Positions 59,885 to 64,000 of a stretch of 64,000 bases of DNA are shown here, piece by piece. Within the stretch, counting starts at the first letter, position 1. Every line of letters begins with the position of its first letter. A program made the translations under genes and the position numbers. The stretch is from an uncultured Polyangiales bacterium (GTDB taxonomy: Bacteria > Myxococcota_A > Polyangia > Polyangiales > JADJMO01): positions 1,305 through 65,304 of the forward strand of contig CAZUZY010000005.1 of the NCBI GenBank assembly GCA_964624885.1, read 5' to 3'. The notes below the pieces were generated by a model that was not told where the DNA came from, did not search any database, and saw only the letters and a list, made by a program, of their open reading frames with translations.

Positions 59885-60691
59885 TCAGAGCACGTCGGCG
59901 AGGTGCGGGCGCAGGCGGCGGAACAGGAGCGCGCGGAGAGCGTGCGCGCCCACGACGAAGCCCCAGAAGTAGGCCGTGAGGTAGGGGTGGGCCCAGGGCG
60001 GGCGGCCGAACAGCAGGGCGTCGCGCAGGCCGTCGACGACGTAGAACACCGGGTTGAGCTGCAGGAGGAAGCGGAACCGGTCGGGCGCATTGGCGATCGG
60101 CCACACCACCGGCGTGAGCCAGAAGCCGAACTGCAGGCCGACCGCGACGATCTGCCCGAGATCGCGGAAGAACGGGGTCAGCGCCGCGGCGATCCAGCCG
60201 AGGCCGGCGACCAGCGCGAACATCGCGAGGAAGTAGTAGGGCAGGAACAGCCAGGTCACGCGCGGCGAGAAGCCCGAGACCAGGAGCGCCACGAGCACCA
60301 CGCACCAGACCACCACGTGGATGAACGACGACGAGACGACCTTGATCCAGGGGACGATCGACACGTCGAACATCACCTTCTTGACCAGGAAGCTGTACTC
60401 GAGGAACGACGGCGTGGTCGTGGCGAGGGCCTCGACGAAGTAGAACCAGGGCGCGATGCCGACGATCAGCCACAGCACGAACGGCACCTTCTCGGGCGGC
60501 GCGCTGCGGAACCCCACCTGGTAGACGAACAGGTAGAGCAGGATGGTGAGCACGGGCTGGGCGAACGCCCACACGGCGCCGAGCAGCGAGCCCGTGTAGC
60601 GGACCCGGAAGTCGTTCCACGCGAGCTCGGTGACGAGGGCGCGGGGGCGCGCGCCCGGGCGCGCGAGGCCGGTGGGGATCAGGTCGGCCAT
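59885..60691 (-). CDS. wzm: O-antigen/polysaccharide ABC exporter permease
   Basis: DFRVRYTGSLLG..W...QP, FFRDLGQI, FWLTPVVW, LNP. Confidence 0.95.
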   Translation of the reverse strand: MADLIPTGLARPGARPRALVTELAWNDFRVRYTGSLLGAVWAFAQPVLTILLYLFVYQVGFRSAPPEKVPFVLWLIVGIAPWFYFVEALATTTPSFLEYSFLVKKVMFDVSIVPWIKVVSSSFIHVVVWCVVLVALLVSGFSPRVTWLFLPYYFLAMFALVAGLGWIAAALTPFFRDLGQIVAVGLQFGFWLTPVVWPIANAPDRFRFLLQLNPVFYVVDGLRDALLFGRPPWAHPYLTAYFWGFVVGAHALRALLFRRLRPHLADVL

Positions 60692-60704
60692 GGCGCCCCG
60701 GCGA

Positions 60705-61883
60705 TCAGCGGCCCGCAGCTCCGGTGGCCGCGGCGAGCGCGTCGAGATACTGCATCCCGAACCGCTCGTCGGGCTCGAGATAGGCGGACTCCGACCACTC
60801 GTTCCACGCGTTGATGAACACGAAGCGCTCGTTTTCCGGGCCCTTCTGCACCTTGTCGAGGAGGCGCTTCATGTAGCGGCCGAACTTCTCCGGCGAGGCG
60901 CCCTCGTAGATCGTGGCGCGGTTGCGGTAGCGCGCGGTGTTGTCCCAGTCGACGAACGCCCCCTGGAACGTGGGCAGGTGCCGGCTCGTGCGGAAGCGCA
61001 GGATCTCGGACCACACCGCGTCGTAGTCGAGCAGGGTGGGGCGGGCCAAGGCGCGGTGGGCGAGCTCGCGCCGCTGCTTGCCAGGGACGAGGCTGGCCGC
61101 ACGGTCGGCGAGCGGGTTCCACCACTCCGTCGGCGCCGGCCGCCCCGGGATCTGTCCGGCGCGGGTGGCGGCGAACGGCTGGAACAGCATCGTCGCGTCG
61201 AAGTGGCGCAGGGTCTCCCAGGGGGGGAAGTCGTACTGCACGACGTTGGCGAAGTAGAGGCCGGGCAGGCCGTACTCGCGGGTGGCGCGGGTCTGGAAGT
61301 AGTCGAACATCCACTCGATCTGCGGGATCTTGAGGGCCCGGTAGATCAGGAACACGGGCTTGCCGTCGACGCGGAGCGCGCGCTCGTCGAGCCAGTACTT
61401 GATCAGGCAGTCGAAGTGGCGACCCCAGCTCTCCACGGTGGGCGGGTGGGTCTGCGCGATGAGGATGTGGTGGTCCATGCCGTCCCACCGCCGGGACCAC
61501 GTCTCGTTCGCCCAGGTGAGGCAGAACTGGATGTCGATGTCCTTGTTGGCGAGGAGGATGTCGGTGGGCCGCTGCAGGAGCTGCTTGCCGTCGAACCAGT
61601 AGTGGTAGTGGCAGAACGCGTCGACGCCGTGGGCGCGCGCGAGCTCGGCCTGCCAGCGCACGACCTTCTCGGTCGCCTGATCGTAGTAGTTGCGACCCTG
61701 CGGCACCCGCGGCGCGTAGTGGCCCGGGTACTGCGGGGTGCCGCGCTTGACGTTGTCCCAGTCGGTGAAGCCCTGCCCCCACCACTCGTCGTTCTCGGCG
61801 ATGCGGTGGAGCTGCGGGAAGTACTGGGCGACGACGCGGACCTTCGACGAGGCGGCGCGTGTTTCGTTCGAGTCGTTCGACAT
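60705..61883 (-). CDS. WbsX-like / glycoside hydrolase family 99-like protein
   Basis: YFPQLH...ND.WWG.GFTDW.NV, FCHYHYWFDGK.LL..P, WANETW, WDNTAR, INAWNEW.E..YLEPD. Confidence 0.9.
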   Translation of the reverse strand: MSNDSNETRAASSKVRVVAQYFPQLHRIAENDEWWGQGFTDWDNVKRGTPQYPGHYAPRVPQGRNYYDQATEKVVRWQAELARAHGVDAFCHYHYWFDGKQLLQRPTDILLANKDIDIQFCLTWANETWSRRWDGMDHHILIAQTHPPTVESWGRHFDCLIKYWLDERALRVDGKPVFLIYRALKIPQIEWMFDYFQTRATREYGLPGLYFANVVQYDFPPWETLRHFDATMLFQPFAATRAGQIPGRPAPTEWWNPLADRAASLVPGKQRRELAHRALARPTLLDYDAVWSEILRFRTSRHLPTFQGAFVDWDNTARYRNRATIYEGASPEKFGRYMKRLLDKVQKGPENERFVFINAWNEWSESAYLEPDERFGMQYLDALAAATGAAGR

Positions 61884-61966
61884 GGGCGGTTTCGCGGCCC
61901 CTCGTAGCCGTTCTCGGCGACGGGCGCGAGTGGCACCCGCCCAGGTCCGCGGCTAAGGAAGAGGGG

Positions 61967-62836
61967 ATGGCGGCAGCATCTTCCCCGACCAACGACCCTC
62001 CCGCGGAGGAGCGGCACCTCTACGACTACCCGGTCGATCCCACGAGCGACACCGCACCCGCACGCGTGTGTCGCATGGTCGGCAGCGGCAAGCGCGTGCT
62101 CGAGATCGGCGCCGGCCCCGGGTCGATCACGCGCGTCCTCACCCAGCAAGGCAACGAGGTCACCGCCCTCGAGGTCGACGAGACGGCCATCCCGTTCCTG
62201 CGGCGTCACTGCAAGCGGGTGGTGTCGGCCGATCTCAACCAGCCGGAGTGGCCGGCCATCTTCGAGGGCGAGCGGTTCGACGCGGTGATCGCGGCCGACG
62301 TGCTCGAGCACCTGACCGACCCGTGGGCCACGCTCGCCCGCATGAAGACCCTGGTCGCCGACGGCGGTGCGCTGATCGTGTCGGTGCCCCACGCCTCGCA
62401 CGCGTGCATCCTCGCCTGCCTGCTGCACGAGGACGTCGAGTACCGCGACTGGGGGCTCCTCGATCGCACCCACATCCGGTTCTTCGGCCTCAAGAACCTG
62501 GCCGCGATGTTCGGCAAGGCGGGGCTCCGGCTCGTGCGCGGCGAGTTCGTGGTGCGCGCGCCCGAGGCCACCGAGTTCAAGGACAAGTGGGAGGCGCTGC
62601 CCGAGGAGGCGCGGCGCTTCCTCGGCAAGCAGCCCTTCGCGCAGGTCTACCAGGTGGTGGTGATGGCGGCGCTCGAGGGGGATCGTCGGCCGTCGATCGA
62701 TCTGCTCGCGCTCGACCCCCACGCCTTCGGACAGGTGCGCGGCGACGAGTCGCTCCGCGCCAAGCTCGCCGCCAAGGTCCCGGCCGTCGGGATCGACGCG
62801 GTCCGCGGGCTCAAGGACCGCCTGCGCCGCCGCTGA
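61967..62836 (+). CDS. Class I SAM-dependent methyltransferase (polysaccharide-associated)
   Basis: VLEIGAGPG, FDAVIAADVLEHL.DPW, GLLDRTHIRFF. Confidence 0.9.
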   Translation: MAAASSPTNDPPAEERHLYDYPVDPTSDTAPARVCRMVGSGKRVLEIGAGPGSITRVLTQQGNEVTALEVDETAIPFLRRHCKRVVSADLNQPEWPAIFEGERFDAVIAADVLEHLTDPWATLARMKTLVADGGALIVSVPHASHACILACLLHEDVEYRDWGLLDRTHIRFFGLKNLAAMFGKAGLRLVRGEFVVRAPEATEFKDKWEALPEEARRFLGKQPFAQVYQVVVMAALEGDRRPSIDLLALDPHAFGQVRGDESLRAKLAAKVPAVGIDAVRGLKDRLRRR

Positions 62837-63548
62837 GCACGCGCGCGGTGGTGAGGGGGTGGCGCAGCATCCACCGCCAGCCGTACCGCGGGTGCTCGAG
62901 GACGAGCCGCGCGTGCAGCTCCTCGCGTCGGCGATCGCTGAGCCGGTTGCGGCTGACGCCGTGGAACCGGTAGTGGAGGAGCGGCGCCGGCACGAACTTG
63001 CCCGAGAATCCCCGGACGAACAGGCGGGCCCAGAGCTCGTGGTCCTCGTGGGCCGGCCAGCTCGGGTCGAACCCGCCGACGGCCTCGAACGCGCGCCGCC
63101 GCAGCAGCGTGGTGACCGGCACGAAGTTGCCCTCGAACAGCGCGGGCCCGTCGAACGGGCGGGAGGCGAAGAGGTCGGTCTTCTCGCCGAACGCCTGCAT
63201 CTGGGTGTACGCGTAGCCGACCTCGGGGCCCTCGGTGCACAGGGCCTCCCAGCAGCGCTCGACGAAGGTCGGGGCGAGGCGATCGTCGGCGTCGAGGAAC
63301 ACGATCAGCGGCCCGGTGGCGGCGGCCGCGCCACGGTTGCGGGCCCGCGCGACGCCGGAGTTCGCCTGCTCGATCACGCGAACCGGATAGCGGCGCGCCA
63401 CCTCGACGCTGTCGTCGTGCGAGCCGTCGTCCACCACGATGACCTCGATCGCGGGGTGGGTCTGGTCGAGCGCCGACTGGATCGCCTCGCCGAGGAAGCG
63501 GCCGTAGTCGTGGCTGGCGACGACGATCGAGACGAGGGGTGCGCTCAT
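62811..63548 (-). CDS. Glycosyltransferase family 2
   Basis: VSIVV..HDY, VIVVDDGS.D, ARARNRG, FLDADD, EDHELW. Confidence 0.92.
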   Translation of the reverse strand: MSAPLVSIVVASHDYGRFLGEAIQSALDQTHPAIEVIVVDDGSHDDSVEVARRYPVRVIEQANSGVARARNRGAAAATGPLIVFLDADDRLAPTFVERCWEALCTEGPEVGYAYTQMQAFGEKTDLFASRPFDGPALFEGNFVPVTTLLRRRAFEAVGGFDPSWPAHEDHELWARLFVRGFSGKFVPAPLLHYRFHGVSRNRLSDRRREELHARLVLEHPRYGWRWMLRHPLTTARVLSGGAGGP

Positions 63549-64000
63549 CGGGCGAGGATCAGGTATTGCACGGTGCAGAGGTCGGCGACGACCGCGCGGG
63601 GGGTGCGGCGCGAGGTGGGGGATGCGCCCCGCGCCACCGCGGCGAACGCCCCGCGGAGCTTCCGTGGAGGCTCGATCACGCGCTCCATCCGCTCCACGCG
63701 AAAGCCGGCCTGCTCGACGAGCTCGCGCGCCGTGGCGGCGGTGAAGAAGCGCAGGTGGGTGCGGTCGAGGACCCCGGCGTCCTGGTAGTCGAAGCGGCCG
63801 CGGGCGAGGTCGGCGACCACCGAGTGGTGGAGCACGTTGGGGATGCTGACGACCAGCGCCCCTCCGGGCGCGAGGAGCGTGCGCACCCGCCGCAGCGTGG
63901 CCCACGGGTCCACGAGGTGCTCGAGCACGTCAGCGAACACCACGCAGTCCGGGCGCGGCCAGCCCTCGGGGAGGGGATCGTCCGCGCCGCCGACGTGCAC
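63545..64000 (-). CDS. Class I SAM-dependent methyltransferase, C-terminal part (5' end outside window)
   Basis: DCVVFADVLEHLVDPW, SIPN, GVLDRTHLRFFT. Confidence 0.85.
   Translation of the reverse strand: MHVGGADDPLPEGWPRPDCVVFADVLEHLVDPWATLRRVRTLLAPGGALVVSIPNVLHHSVVADLARGRFDYQDAGVLDRTHLRFFTAATARELVEQAGFRVERMERVIEPPRKLRGAFAAVARGASPTSRRTPRAVVADLCTVQYLILAR

Noticed and set aside
58513-61966. Site-specific invertible segment explaining the flipped polysaccharide genes
   Set aside because: Only weak, short similarity (GCTAAG[A/G]A) exists between the two divergent gaps, with no convincing inverted repeats and no recombinase in the window.

Overview
Very GC-rich chromosomal window (about 70% GC by spot counts) with myxobacterial hallmarks: MYXO-CTERM-like tails, four Hanks-type Ser/Thr kinases, many lipoproteins and Cys-rich surface proteins. 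The Myxococcota assignment is an inference. Core loci are murA, tRNA-Ile(CAU), the mreBCD-mrdA-rodA elongasome operon, a complete hoxFUYHW NAD-linked [NiFe] hydrogenase operon preceded by slyD, a swivel-domain-first aconitase-family enzyme, tRNA-Leu(UAG), and the start of a surface-polysaccharide cluster (rfbB, rfbA, wzt, wzm, WbsX-like, methyltransferases, GT2). The most unusual items are: (1) a lower-GC, translationally coupled ABC/AAA-ATPase plus small TOPRIM-like gene pair (PARIS-like architecture) beside a SUKH/SMI1-propeller gene just 3' of tRNA-Leu; (2) one ORF of about 1090 aa made of two complete Kelch + Cys-rich + MYXO-CTERM surface proteins joined in frame through an internal sorting signal and a second lipobox; (3) two kinds of non-coding repeat, a dispersed 48-bp hairpin unit and a composite 14-mer/hairpin/14-mer element; (4) tandem multidomain outer-membrane barrel paralogues; (5) a 52-aa basic sORF missed by the ORF track. 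Start codons were re-picked by eye. No database searches were possible, so family names rest on motif recognition.
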